Origin: Octopus vulgaris
Lineage: Eukaryota
DNA length: 64,000 bases
Assembly (NCBI GenBank): GCA_951406725.2
Contig: OX597834.1
Coordinates: 40,734,001 to 40,798,000 of the forward strand
Reading direction: 5' to 3'
In this document: piece after piece, positions 37,204 to 48,846 of the stretch
Layout of the letters: every line of letters starts with the position of its first letter
Position numbering within the stretch: the first letter of the stretch is position 1
Translations under genes and position numbers: made by a program
Notes under the pieces: generated by a model
The model's database searches: none
The model's input: the letters and a program-made list of their open reading frames with translations, nothing else
Told to the model about the DNA's origin: nothing

Positions 37204-38542
37204 GTCCGCTCTCCATGCTAGCATGGGTTGGACGGTTCGACCGAGGATCTGGGAAGCCAGAAGGCTGCACCAGGCTCCAGTCTGATCTGGCAGTGTTTCT
37301 GACTGGAGCCTGGTGCAGCCTTGTATGATTAATTCAAATCAATGTGAATGAATAAGCATTACACTTGACAGAGTAATCTGAATGCTAAAGGGTTAAAAAA
37401 AAAAGAAAAAAGTTTAGATCTTTAAACCAGCCATATCTGGCCGAAATATTCTAGCTGTTTTTATCTTTGGCCAGATCTGGTCTCTCACACTTACTCTACA
37501 ATATTATTCTAAAAATAAACAATCACATCATTGAAATCTCAAGGCTACAAGGTAATGCATGACTAATTCATATCAATGGGAATAAATAAGTATTTAGTTT
37601 CACAGAAATCTGAGTGCTAAATAGTTATCTCTAGCATTTAAAGTGGCCATATCCGGCCAATATATTCTACCTGATTAATCTTCAAGCTGGCCAGATCTGG
37701 TCTCTCACACCGACCTATGTCATTTGAAAAATAAACAATTATCTCATCAAAATCAGAGTTAAAAATGTCTCTTCTAATTACTGCAATTTATCTGAACTTT
37801 CAAACGTTTCTTTGAAGGTTCGTGCAAACATTATTAAAGAACAAGTTCCAAGCTCCTGGTTTATAACTGCAGAAATGATGAATGCTGTTTATTGCACACA
37901 TCAATATTCTGGGGTTGAGACAATGCTAACTTTTTAGAAACTGGGACCCAATTTAATTATGTATTAACCAAAATCCTTAACCTAAGAACAATGCAGAAAC
38001 GAAACGGAGCAAGAGACACGACCTTGTCTTTTGGTATTTTTTTGTATCTGTCAGCTGAAGGTTTTCTACCATCTTTTCTGTTTAATCATTGATGTATGCA
38101 ACCACCACCTTTGAATTCTTCGTATTCATCTTTTACTGAGTTGTCAATGTCTGACCATATCCACTAGAAGCAGGAAGTGATGGAGGTCCTGTAACATGAC
38201 TAAACTAATGTTGAGCCTGTGGCAGTGGAGACCTCCGGCATCCTTGGCTCCTGGACCATATCCAGAAGGGAAAATCCTGTGAATTGACACAAGAGATAGG
38301 TCCCCTCTTATGATATTCCAGTCATCACTTACTGACCGGTTGCACTATTCAACAGCTTGCTATTAATAAAATAAGGGGTGGCAGTGATGTATATAAACAC
38401 AAACTTGCGAGTTGGATGCAAGCATCCCACAGTCAACTTAGGGAGCTCTGTGGACTGATTTTGTGTATTTACACCAATTTGTCTAGAGCAAGAAATTTTC
38501 TCCATGACAAAATTCAGTTAGTAACTTTCTTACAAGTTCATA

Positions 38543-38820
38543 TCATCATCATCATCGTTTAGCGTCTGCTTTCCATGCTAGCATGGGTTGGACGGTTCAA
38601 CTGGGGTCTGGGAAGCCAGAAGGCTGCACCAGGCTCCAGTCTTATCTGGCAATGTTTCTACGGCTGGATGCCCTTCCTAACGCCAACCACTCCATGAGTG
38701 TAGTGGGTGCTTTTTACGTGCCACGATCGGATGGTGCTTTTTAAGTGCCACCGGCACGGGGGCCAGGTGAGGCTTGCAACGGCCACGAACGGATGGTGCT
38801 TTTTACGTGCCACCGACACG
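38543..38820 (-). mobile_element. SINE-like element, family D
   Basis: (CAT)n tail and core match. Confidence 0.7.
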
Positions 38821-38982
38821 AGGAACTGATAAGGATTTTGTGTTTATACACGTCACTGCTTGCTGATGTCACCTCATAAGATATGTTGAGTTGCTGGACT
38901 ACAGCCATAGCAATATTCTCCAAAGGTTTCCTCAATCTTATCAACTGCAGTCCTTATGTCAGTCTCATGCTTATTTTATTGA

Positions 38983-39333
38983 ACTCTTTTACTTGTTTCA
39001 GTCATTTGACTGTGGCCATGCTGGAGCACCGCCTTTAGTCGAGCAACTAGACCCAAGGACTTATTCTTTGTAAGCCCAGTACTTATTCTATCGGTCTCTT
39101 ATGCCAAACTGCTAAGTGACGGGGACATAAATACGCCAGCATCGGTTGTCAAGCAATGCTAGGGGGACAAACACAGACACACACACACATATATATACAT
39201 ATATACGACGGGCTTCTTTCAGTTTCCGTCTACCAAATCCACTCACAAGGCATTGGTCGGCCCGGGGCTATAGTAGAAGACACTTGCCCAAGGTGTCACG
39301 CAGTGGGACTGAACCCTGAACCATGTGGTTGGT
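38983..39333 (-). mobile_element. tRNA-derived SINE, family A (5' truncated)
   Basis: Near-identical to 2626-3019. Confidence 0.85.
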
Positions 39334-39774
39334 TGCACTTTTTGGCACAACTCTGGTAAATATAAACCTGGACACAGATACATACGGTAATAAGGTGGGC
39401 AGTATCCATCGACCAAATTTCACATCAATTCACAGCTGGTTACATTACACTTGCCTAAGATGACGTGCAGTCACCACATAGGTTGTGAAACAACTTCTTC
39501 ATCAATGGTCAGGGCAGCACCAATAAATCAATCAAATTTGGGAGTTCTGAAGTTTGTGGTTCGATTAGCACAAATATCAATCTGTTTGTCAGAAGGCGGG
39601 AAATGAAGTGGTTTCGTCAAGTCACGTGTCCCCCCCCCCCCCATCACACCCTACTTCTACACCCGTGTCACTTGGTCGATTTTTTGTTTCCTGCTGCAAG
39701 TGATTTACTACATGCAACAATGATATGACTTCTATCCCGTATGAATGTGTTTGTGAATCAATAAGTGATGATTC

Positions 39775-40106
39775 AGCCAGGATCCCTGGTCTGGTGGTAC
39801 GTAAAAAGCACTATCCGACTCGTGGCCGATGCCAGCGCCGCCTCCACTGGCTTCCATGCCGGTGGCACGTAAAATACACCAATCCGACCGTGGCCGTTGC
39901 CAGCCTCGCCTGGCACCTGTGCAGGTGGCACGTAAAAAGCACCCACTACACTCACGGAGTGGTTGGCGTTAGGAAGGGCATCCAGCTGTAGAAACATTGC
40001 CAGATAAGACTGGAGCCTGGTGCAGCCCCTGGCTTCCCAGATCCCCGGTCGAACCGTCCAACCCATGCTAGCATGGAGAACGGACGTTAAACGATGATGA
40101 TGATGA
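39775..40106 (+). mobile_element. SINE-like element, family D
   Basis: Subrepeats, core and (GAT)n tail. Confidence 0.75.
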
Positions 40107-40293
40107 AGGACCGAGATCTCTGGAGATATGCTGTGACTGTAAAGACCCAGGCTGCTTCCTGCACCAGTTCTGCATACCCCTGCCTATTCAAAGTACCTTG
40201 GATTTCAGAACAACCCGTTGTGCTTGAGGAGACCTATTGAGTCAAGTACATGAACATCGAAATAAATATCAATGGAAATAGTAGTTGTGATAC

Positions 40294-40561
40294 CTGTGCC
40301 GGTGGCACATAAAAAGCACCATCCGAACATGGCCGATGCCAGCACCGCCTCGACTGGCTTCTGTGCCGGTGGCACATAAAAAGCACCATCCGAACGTGGC
40401 CGATGCCAGTGCTGCCTCGACTGGCTTCTGTGCCGGTGGCACATAAAAAGCACCATCCGAACGTGGCCGATGCCAGTGCTGCCTCGACTGGCTTCTGTGC
40501 CGGTGGCATGAAAAAAGCACCATCCGAGCGTGACCAATGCCAGTGCCACCTTGACTAGCTT
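40294..40561. repeat. Tandem array of 4 x 67-bp units (family D subrepeat)
   Basis: CTGTGCCGGTGGCACATAAAAAGCACCATCCGAACGTGGCCGATGCCAGTGCTGCCTCGACTGGCTT units start at 40294, 40361, 40428 and 40495. Confidence 0.9.
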
Positions 40562-41047
40562 CTATCCTGTGTGAACACGTTTGTGCTTAGTTAAGTTACC
40601 ATTTTGAGAAAATGATTTACCACAGATATCACAGTGATATGGCTTTTCACCAGTGTGCGTGTACATGTGTTTAGTTAAACCGTATCTTCGAGTGAATGTT
40701 TTCCCACAGATATCACAGTGATATGGCTTCTCTCCCGTATGAATGCGTATGTGAGTAATCAATTCACTATTTCGAGAGAATGCTTTATCACAGATGTCGC
40801 AGTCATAAGGTTTCTCTCCTGTATGAATGCGTACATGAGAAGTTAATTCACCATTTCTAGAAAAGGATTTACCACAAATATCACATTCAAATGGCTTCTC
40901 TCTTGTATGAATATGTCTATGTTTAGTTAAGTCACAATTTCCAGAGGAAGATTTACCACAGATGTCACAACAATAAGGTTTTTCCCCTGTATGAATCCGT
41001 ATGTGAGCGGTTAAGTTACTACTTTCAGAAAATGATTTATCACAGAT

Positions 41048-44000
41048 AATAATAATAATAATAATAATAATTGTGTACAGTGCTCAGGTGCACTACAACT
41101 CATCTAAAGTGTATATATAATCAGGTGAAGTTTCGGCGGATTTCGGAAAGCATGAGGGCCTTAAAAGATGCAGTGTCATGGCAGTCAACAACTGACGCAG
41201 GCAGTTTATTCCATGCTTCAGCAACTCTGAGCGTGAAAAAATGTTTCCGAAAGTCATGGGAGCTGTATTGTTTTCTGACTTTGTAGGCATGTCCACGTGT
41301 GTTAGACACATGGAGATCAAAAAGGTGTTCAGTGTTGTTGTTGGTGAGGTGGTTGATAACTTTGTGGGTGTTTACCAAGTCCGTCGCCAAACGCCGGAGC
41401 TTCAGTGAATCCATGCCCAGGGAAACAAGGCGCTCAGAATATGGTAGGTGTCTGATGGAGGGTATGCGTTTGGTTGCACGTCTCTGGACAGATTCCAGGA
41501 GGTCAATGTTCTGTGCAAGATAGGGGTTCCAAACTGATGATGCGAATTCCAAGTGTGGTCGTACCATAGCTGTATACAGTTTTAAATAGATGGCTGGAGA
41601 GCGGCTAACAAAAGACCTGCTGAGTGATGCCAAGACACCCTCGGCCTTCCTGACAATCTTAGAGATATGCTTTGACCAACGCAAATCACTGCTGACAGTG
41701 ATGCCTAGGTCACGCTCGCAAGAGGATTTCTTGATATCAGTGTTGTGGAGGGAGTATGTGAACGCAGGGTTTTTTCTCCCAAAATGCATGGTGGTACACT
41801 TGTCCACAGCCAGTTTCAGTTGCCAGTCTGTGATCCATTGCTGCATTGTGTCTAGGTCTGATTGCAGGAAAGAGTTGTAGACATCAGGATCTGTCCTCTT
41901 GATTTCAAGGTACAGCTTGATGTCGTCTGCATATTTCAATACTGTGGCATTCTTTAAATTGGCATCTATGTCGTTAATGTATGCCACAAACAAGAGGGGG
42001 CCAAGGACAGATCCCTGTGGTACACCCGATGACATCTCATATGGTGTAGAGTGCTGTCCTAGAACTGTGACTACCTCCTTTCGGCTGAGGATGAAGGATT
42101 TCAACCAGTTAAAAAGGTCATCCCCCACACCCATTGCAGAGAGTTTCACCATAAGCCTTTTGTGTGGCACAGAGTTGAAAGCCTTAGCAAAGTCAAGGTA
42201 GACAACATCCACCCATGAGCCACTGTCAGTAATCTGAGTAATGTCCTCAAGGAACTCGACAAGCTGGTCACTGCAGCTGGAGTTAGGGACAAATCCATAT
42301 TGTGAGGGTCGGATGAGACTGTGAGAGCTCCAGAAGTTCCAGAGTGTTTCTCTGACACACGATTCCATCAGTTTTGCAATACAGCTAGTGAGACTGACTG
42401 GGCGATAGTTGACAGGTGATGTGCGGTCGCCCTTTTTGAACAGAGGAATGACACTGGCAGTTTTCCACTGCTCCGGAGTAGCACCATTGTTGAGACAGTA
42501 CTGGAAGAAAATAGAAAGCTGGTGTAAAAGGAAGTGCCTGCCACGTTTGAGAAGCAGGTATGTAACTCCATCGAGACCAGGGGAGGCATAGTTGCGCTTA
42601 TTTTGAAGGTGACGTCGCAGCATTGCAGGTGTAAATTCCATAGTTGTTATGGAGTTTGCTGTTAGTGATGGTGAAGATGGTACATTTTGACTTTCAACAG
42701 TGAATATGTTTGCATAGCACTCGGCAATGAGTTCTGCGCATTCCTTGGGGTCGTCAGTGATCTGGTTTGTGTGAGGGTTGCGAAGAGGGCCCACTGGAGA
42801 GTGAGGTCTCTGCTTTGAGTGCACATATTTCCAGAAAACCTTGCTGTCAGGATTGGCTGCTATGCACTGTTCAAATTCAAGCACTGCTTTTTTTGTCACT
42901 TGCTTGAGATGGTTGGAGGATTTATTCCGCTTCTTCCTGTTGGTGTCTGATTTATGCAACCTGTATTCCCGTTCAGCAGTCCGACGTTCCCTCCTGGCAA
43001 GTCGGACCGCTGAAGTTTCCCAAATTGCCCTTTTGGGGCGGTTCTTCTTTTTTTGTTTACGTGGCACTGATGCTGCACATGCTGCCCATATTGAGTCCAG
43101 GATACTCTGGAGTATAGTATTCACATCTCCAGAGTTGTAGAATTCACGCCAGTTTGGGTGCTGTAGTTCAGTGTGGTACAGGTTCCAATCTGCTCTCTTC
43201 CAATCGAAGGAAGCAGATTGGAGATGGTTCAGGTTTTTGTTGCCCGCAAGAGCCAGATTGGCGATGATCATAGCATGATCAGAGTCACCTAGAGGTTCCT
43301 CCGTAGTGCAATTGATAACCGCTTCAGGAGTTGTGGTGAAGAGCAGGTCCAAGGTGTTGTCGCCTCTTGTTGGAGAGGTGACTACTTGTGACCAGTTTGA
43401 GTCCAGCACAAGCTCAACAAAATCGTTTGCACTCTGTGGCCAATGGAAGGTCTCCCAATCGATCTCAGGATGATTGAAATCGCCTGCAATAAACACATAA
43501 GTGGCTGTTTTCCTGGCAGCAGCTCGGAGGACATTGCAAAGCTGTGTGTCCCGATGGTAACTTGGGGGACGATAAACAACGCCAAGCAGGAGTGTTGACA
43601 TGGTCATACGCACGTCACAGAAAAAAACTTCTTCTTGTGATTCGTTCAAATCGGCACAAGGAATTACCAAAAAATTTGAACGAACGTAGACCATCACACC
43701 ACCACCACGGCGGTTAGTGCGGTCCTTACGGAAGAGGTTGTACCCCGTAATGTTGAAAACCCCATCACAGAGTAAGGAATGCGCCCATGTTTCCGTGACA
43801 GTGATGAAGTCAGGGTCAACACTTCTGACGTAGGCGTTGAACAAATGTATTTTGTTGCATAAACTGCGAGCATTTAAGGACAACAATTTGTACCCTGCTC
43901 GCAGTTTATGATGGTGTGTAGAGGATGGCAGGTTGTTCTGGCTTAGTTTCCCTGAGTTGCTGTAGTTTTTTTAGTTATTGTGGGTAGAGAGCACTCAGAC

Positions 44001-44132
44001 CAGCTGGTATCTCTCTTCCACGTTTCAGCAGTCTTGACAAATCTCCAGATTTGTCCATCTTCCCGAAGACTGAAGCTTTCCTGTAGAGCTGAGTTCCTAT
44101 TCAGGGAAGCCACTACACGTAGCTTTGGGCGT
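41048..44132 (-). mobile_element. CR1-like non-LTR retrotransposon (LINE), 5' truncated
   Basis: Intact APE-RT ORF2, short 3'UTR, (TTA)n tail, GC-rich relative to flanks, inserted in a ZNF finger. Confidence 0.93.
41121..43886 (-). CDS. LINE ORF2: apurinic-like endonuclease and reverse transcriptase (921 aa)
   Basis: LNARS, VTETW, GDFNHP, LDL, SDH (APE); YRPVSLT, YLDFAKAF, GVPQGSVLGPLLF, YADD (RT); C-terminal TRGH..FF..RV..WN.LP typical of CR1-group LINEs. Confidence 0.95.
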   Translation of the reverse strand: MLSLNARSLCNKIHLFNAYVRSVDPDFITVTETWAHSLLCDGVFNITGYNLFRKDRTNRRGGGVMVYVRSNFLVIPCADLNESQEEVFFCDVRMTMSTLLLGVVYRPPSYHRDTQLCNVLRAAARKTATYVFIAGDFNHPEIDWETFHWPQSANDFVELVLDSNWSQVVTSPTRGDNTLDLLFTTTPEAVINCTTEEPLGDSDHAMIIANLALAGNKNLNHLQSASFDWKRADWNLYHTELQHPNWREFYNSGDVNTILQSILDSIWAACAASVPRKQKKKNRPKRAIWETSAVRLARRERRTAEREYRLHKSDTNRKKRNKSSNHLKQVTKKAVLEFEQCIAANPDSKVFWKYVHSKQRPHSPVGPLRNPHTNQITDDPKECAELIAECYANIFTVESQNVPSSPSLTANSITTMEFTPAMLRRHLQNKRNYASPGLDGVTYLLLKRGRHFLLHQLSIFFQYCLNNGATPEQWKTASVIPLFKKGDRTSPVNYRPVSLTSCIAKLMESCVRETLWNFWSSHSLIRPSQYGFVPNSSCSDQLVEFLEDITQITDSGSWVDVVYLDFAKAFNSVPHKRLMVKLSAMGVGDDLFNWLKSFILSRKEVVTVLGQHSTPYEMSSGVPQGSVLGPLLFVAYINDIDANLKNATVLKYADDIKLYLEIKRTDPDVYNSFLQSDLDTMQQWITDWQLKLAVDKCTTMHFGRKNPAFTYSLHNTDIKKSSCERDLGITVSSDLRWSKHISKIVRKAEGVLASLSRSFVSRSPAIYLKLYTAMVRPHLEFASSVWNPYLAQNIDLLESVQRRATKRIPSIRHLPYSERLVSLGMDSLKLRRLATDLVNTHKVINHLTNNNTEHLFDLHVSNTRGHAYKVRKQYSSHDFRKHFFTLRVAEAWNKLPASVVDCHDTASFKALMLSEIRRNFT

Positions 44133-46343
44133 ACAGTGATATGGCTTTTCTGTGACATATGTCACAGTGATATGGCTTTTCTCCAGTATGAATGCGTTTG
44201 TGTTTAGTTAAATTACAATTCTGTGAGAATGATTTACCACAGATATTACAGTGATATGGCTTCTCTCCTGTATGAATGCGCTTGTGAGTAGTAAGATGAG
44301 TTTCTTGAGAGAAAGATTTACCACAGGTGTGGCAGTGAAATGGTTTTTGCCCAGTATGAATATGCTCATGTTTTGCTAACTGATCACCTCTGGAGAATAA
44401 TTTACCACAGGTATCACAACGATATGGTTTCTCACCTGTATGAGTTCGTTTATGTATAGTTAAATGAGCAGCTTGAGAGAATGATGTGCCACAGATGTCA
44501 CAGTGGTAAGGTTTATCTCCAGTATGAATGTGTTTATGTTTGGTCAAATGATTATGCTGCAAAAACGATTTACCACAGATGTCACAGTGGTACGGTCTCT
44601 CACCTGTATGAATGCGTTTATGACAAATTAAGTTATTTCCATTTGAGAAAGATGCACCACAGATTTCACAGCGATATAGTTTTTCTCTGGTATGAATGTA
44701 TTTATGCTTCGTCAAGCTGCGAATTTTAGAGAAAGATTTGCCGCAAATATTACAGCAAAATGGTTTTTCTTCTATATTAGTGTGCATGAGTTCAGGTAAA
44801 CGATTAATTTCAAAGAACAATTTCCAACAAATTTCACTTGATATGGCTTCTCTCCTGCATAAATGGATATGCAGGCAGTGAAGTTATTTCTTGCAGAGAA
44901 TGATTTACCACAGTTATTACTGTGGTATGGTTATGGTTTTTCTCCTGTATGTGTATCTTTGTAATTAGTAAAGCTATTATTGTGAGAAAAAGATTCCCCA
45001 GGTATCACTGTGATAAGGCTTCTCTCCTGTAGGAATACATTTGGGAACAGTCAGCTTGCCTTTTTAAGAGAATGAGTTTGTAGTGATATCACAATAATAT
45101 GAGTTCCCTATTTCATATTTTTACAATGAAAATCAATCCTTTTAAATTGTCATAATTTTAACTTTGTTCAGAAATAATTTATCATCTATAATTATTCTTT
45201 CACAATATTGATACTTTCTTTCTTTCTATTTTTAAATCTTTTTCCTAAAAGACAATACCTACTGCTGTACTTCTATTAAACAGTGATATTTGTCAAATGC
45301 TGAAGATACTGCAAACTCTTTTTTCACATCTGTCCACGTTTAAGTAGAATGCAAAACAAGCTTGCACACATTCAGATAGTCAAGTAAACAAATTTTGTTG
45401 ATATTATCACTCAGAGGTAGTATTCCACACTAATTGTTCCACAGATTTATGTAGCCAAATTTACACAACTGTTGCGTATAACATATTCCTCAGTCGTTAA
45501 TAGGTGATGGTGCTTCTGATAATCCTTTTTAATGCCAATGTCATCCGATATTCTGAAATAATAAAGAAATATTATCAGTTATATAAGATACTAAAAAATT
45601 TTAGATTCAGCAATTATTTTACTATAATTTTAGTAGTGTACATGATACTGATAAACTACAGATACCAGTTTTTATCTTTACTCTCTTATTTGTTTCAGTC
45701 ATTTGACTGCGGCCATGCTGGAGCACCGCCTTTAGTCAAGCATAAAATAGTCGGCATTCCTTCGATATAACTCGAGAAAATCAAAACATTTCACTCTCGG
45801 GTATTTCCGTGGGTCGTGGAAATAACGAAATTATGCCAGCAACGTCTCATTTCAAACTTGGAGTGGCCTTATAGGCTGCCGGCTTCGATCTTTTAAACTT
45901 TTATTCGTTTTCTTTTTAATTAAAAAAAAAAAAGTTCTAGTTTAAAGGAAATGGCAAAGTTTCGCATGTCGTAGCACAGATTTCCGTCGATTTCCGTAAA
46001 AAACTTTTATTTTTTTACATAAGTAATGAGAGCGAAAGAGACTAAGAGGAAGCGATTTTATGACGAGAAGGTTTCTCTTTGAAATCGGCCTGTGTGTGTT
46101 TGATGGGGTGTGGGAGACAGACAGTATGTTGTGTAAGTGAAGTGCTTCTGTTAGTGTGTGCGAAGAGACAGAGAGAGTAATGTGTGAAAGAGAGAGATAA
46201 CTGATTTTTTACTCGGTGTATGTGTATATGTATGTATGCATGTATGTGTGTGTGTGTGTATGTATCTATGTATGTGTGTGTGTATGTATGTATGGCCGAT
46301 TCATCGTAATTTTTTACTCGGTGTATGTGTATATGTGTGTCTG

Positions 46344-46473
46344 CAAAAGCCGTTCGATTCACTTCAACATTTAAGTTTAGGTTTAATTAAACTTAAGTTT
46401 AAGTGTAATTAAACTTAAGTTTAAGTTTAATTAAACTTAAACTTAAATGTTGAAGTGAATCGAACGGCTTTTG
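46344..46473. repeat. Near-perfect 130-bp palindrome
   Basis: CAAAAGCCGTTCGATTCACTTCAACATTTAAGTTTA.. mirrored by ..TAAACTTAAATGTTGAAGTGAATCGAACGGCTTTTG; core of AAACTTAAGTTT/TTAATTAA repeats. Confidence 0.9.
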
Positions 46474-46528
46474 TGTGTTTCTTAGACGGCAGTCTGTTGT
46501 ACTGAATTGCATCTCTGGATTTCAAATA

Positions 46529-46750
46529 CAGTAATACCTCACTTTACGAGACACCAAATTTACGAGTTTTGTTTTATAATAAATATAAAAAGGTCATACA
46601 TTTAGTTTGTGTGTGGAAACACTGCTTATAGCGGAGTAAAATGACGGCATAAAATTTCAAGGTCTTACTTTGCGCGTGCGAAATTGTTGAGAGTGATTAT
46701 TATAAGCGAATTCTTCGTGCCACATTTTACGTTGCATACGTGTATTTACA
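46529..46750 (+). mobile_element. Truncated 5' end of the same Tigger family as 13812
   Basis: TA|CAGTAATACCTCACTTTACGAG and collinear similarity to 14232-14450 (GTGTGTGG, AAAATGAC, ATAAAATTTCAA, AATTCTTCGTGC). Confidence 0.75.
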
Positions 46751-46769
46751 TTCTGAAGAATTTTAGTCG

Positions 46770-47070
46770 AATGAATTGACCTCAGTACTTTTTTTTTTTA
46801 TATTTTTAAAACCTGGTACTTATTCTATGGGTCTCTTTTGTCGAACCGCTAAGTTACGGGGGATGTAAACATATCAACACCGGTTGTCAAGCGGTGGAGG
46901 GGGGGACAAACACAGACACACACGTATATATATATATGATGAGCTTCTTTAGGTTTCTGTCTACCAAACTCCAGTGACAAGGTTTTGATTGGCCTGAGAC
47001 TATAGTAGAAGACATTTGTCCTAGGTGCTACGCAGTGGGACTGAACCTGGAGTCATATGGTTGGGAAGCA
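46770..47070 (-). mobile_element. tRNA-derived SINE, family A (older copy)
   Basis: Diverged reverse-complement match. Confidence 0.7.
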
Positions 47071-47217
47071 AAAAGGATGTTAAATGATGATGATGATGAT
47101 GATTAGATTCCTAGATAAAGTCATTCCTTATGTTTACTTTATATATGTGCATGCCACAAAATCCCACAAGGCTAGACATCACTATCTAAGTCTTAGCTTA
47201 AGATTATCTCTGAAGTA

Positions 47218-48008
47218 TTGGGTTGTCTGGAAAGTTCATGCCAATTTATATTAGCTTACCTTTCGACTTATTTTAGAACATGGTTGAGTCCAGAAAATAG
47301 AATTTGACTACACCTCCATTTAGAGCACAGTTTAAGCTATCTTTTTGTGGAAGAAGATTTATGTTCCTATAACCTGTGTTAATTCTGTAACCCTTTAAAA
47401 TGGAAGATAAGAAAGTTCATTTTCGGCACTTGATGCTTTGGGAACCAGGCAAAAATTGCTGCAGCTCGGCTGGGATGTGTTACCCCACCCTCCATATTCA
47501 CCAGATATTGCTCCTTCGGATTTCCACTTATTCAGGTCTCTGCAGAATAGTCTTAATGGTAAAAATTTCAATTTCTTGGATGACGTAAAAAGATACCTTG
47601 ATGAATTTTTTGCCATGAAACCACCTCAATTCTGGGAAGAGGGTATTTTCAAGTTAAAGGAAAGATGGAGACGCATTGTGCAACAAAATGGTTCATATTT
47701 GGTTGATTAACCCTTTCATTACTGTATTTATTTTGAGATGCTCTGTGTTTCATTCAATTAATTTTAAATATAACTAAGAATTTAGTAAAAGAACTTAGTT
47801 ATCATTCAGCTAGTGTTGGGAACATAAATTGTGACTAAGGTTTGGTGGTATATTTTGATGCAAAACTTATGAAAACAAGACATTTGTACTACAGAGCCAG
47901 AGGCGGTTTTGGCCGGGTTGGTATCAAAAGGGTTAAAAATGTAATGGCAAGTATTTATCGACCTTTTCTTTCCTTTAAAAATCGGCACAAACTTTCCGGA
48001 CAACCCAA
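47218..48008 (+). mobile_element. Internally deleted mariner element
   Basis: TA|TTGGGTTGTCTGGAAAGTT ... AACTTTCCGGACAACCCAA|TA; N-terminal MEDKKVHFRH joined to C-terminal HPPYSPDIAPSDFHLFRSLQN. Confidence 0.9.
47711..47932. mobile_element. piggyBac-like MITE nested at the mariner stop codon
   Basis: TTAA|CCCTTT ... AAAGGG|TTAA; sister copy in opposite orientation at 48847-49055, fragment near 22126-22310. Confidence 0.85.
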
Positions 48009-48846
48009 TAAAACAATAAATATCAGTGTAATTTCCACAAACCATGAACAATTTCCAATTTATGAGAATGAAGGACAACTAAATATTGAGACTAAGGCAT
48101 AAAATATATGCATTCCAATCATCAGATGCCAATTGAATATCACTAGTTTCGACACTTGGGCAGCACCATTCAATCTAGCAGCGTCAAAAGCATTAAAAAC
48201 ATAAATGTGCTCAGGAATTAATGGTAATCTTTTTTTGGATGTGTTGAAGGATTTGTGCATACTTAAGAGCCATACTGCATTCAATGTTGGTAGGACCAGT
48301 GGCATAGCTTTTCTAAGAGTTGAGATATATTGTTACATATTCCCAAGGATTGTAGCATTAATTTTGCTTTTGTTTCATTTCACTCTTTGTGTAAAACTTC
48401 TTTGCTTTAACCCTTTGGCATTCAGATTACTCTGTATGGTGGCTGGTGTTAGGAAGGGCATCCAGCCGTAAAAACCATGCCAAAACAGACAGTGGAGCCT
48501 GGTGCAGTCTTCTGCTTAACCAGCGCCTGTTAAACCAACCAACCCACCCATGCCAGGATGGGAAAATGGATGCTAAATAATGGTGATTACTGTCAAATGT
48601 ATTGTTTATTTATTCACATTGTTATGAATTAATCATGCATAATCTTGTAGCTTTAAGAGTGCTTATTTTTAAAATGACATTGTATGCTACATGTGAGAGG
48701 CCAGATCTGGCTGCCTTGAACATAAAATAAAATATTTGGGCTGGATATAACCAGTTTAAATGCCAAACGGTTAAAGTGACATCCATTTTTGAATATATAT
48801 TTAAAAGTGATTTCCCTATATTTTCTAATCTCTTATAACTGTTTAA

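Larger units (their letters stand above)
40562..45190 (-). pseudogene. C2H2 ZNF gene (13 recognisable fingers) split by a LINE insertion; degenerate 5' fingers
   Basis: 7 fingers at 44159-44787 and 6 at 40562-41047 join in frame when the LINE is removed; degenerate finger remnants at 44820-45110 and near 39700-39770; acceptor TTTCAG|AATATCGGAT at 45553/45552. Confidence 0.85.

Noticed and set aside
40294-40561. CRISPR-like array
   Set aside because: Units are repeated end to end with no unique spacers, there are no cas genes, the context is eukaryotic, and the unit recurs inside a SINE-like family
47438-47710. Functional mariner transposase
   Set aside because: Most of the coding region is deleted; only the first ~15 and last ~88 residues remain, out of frame
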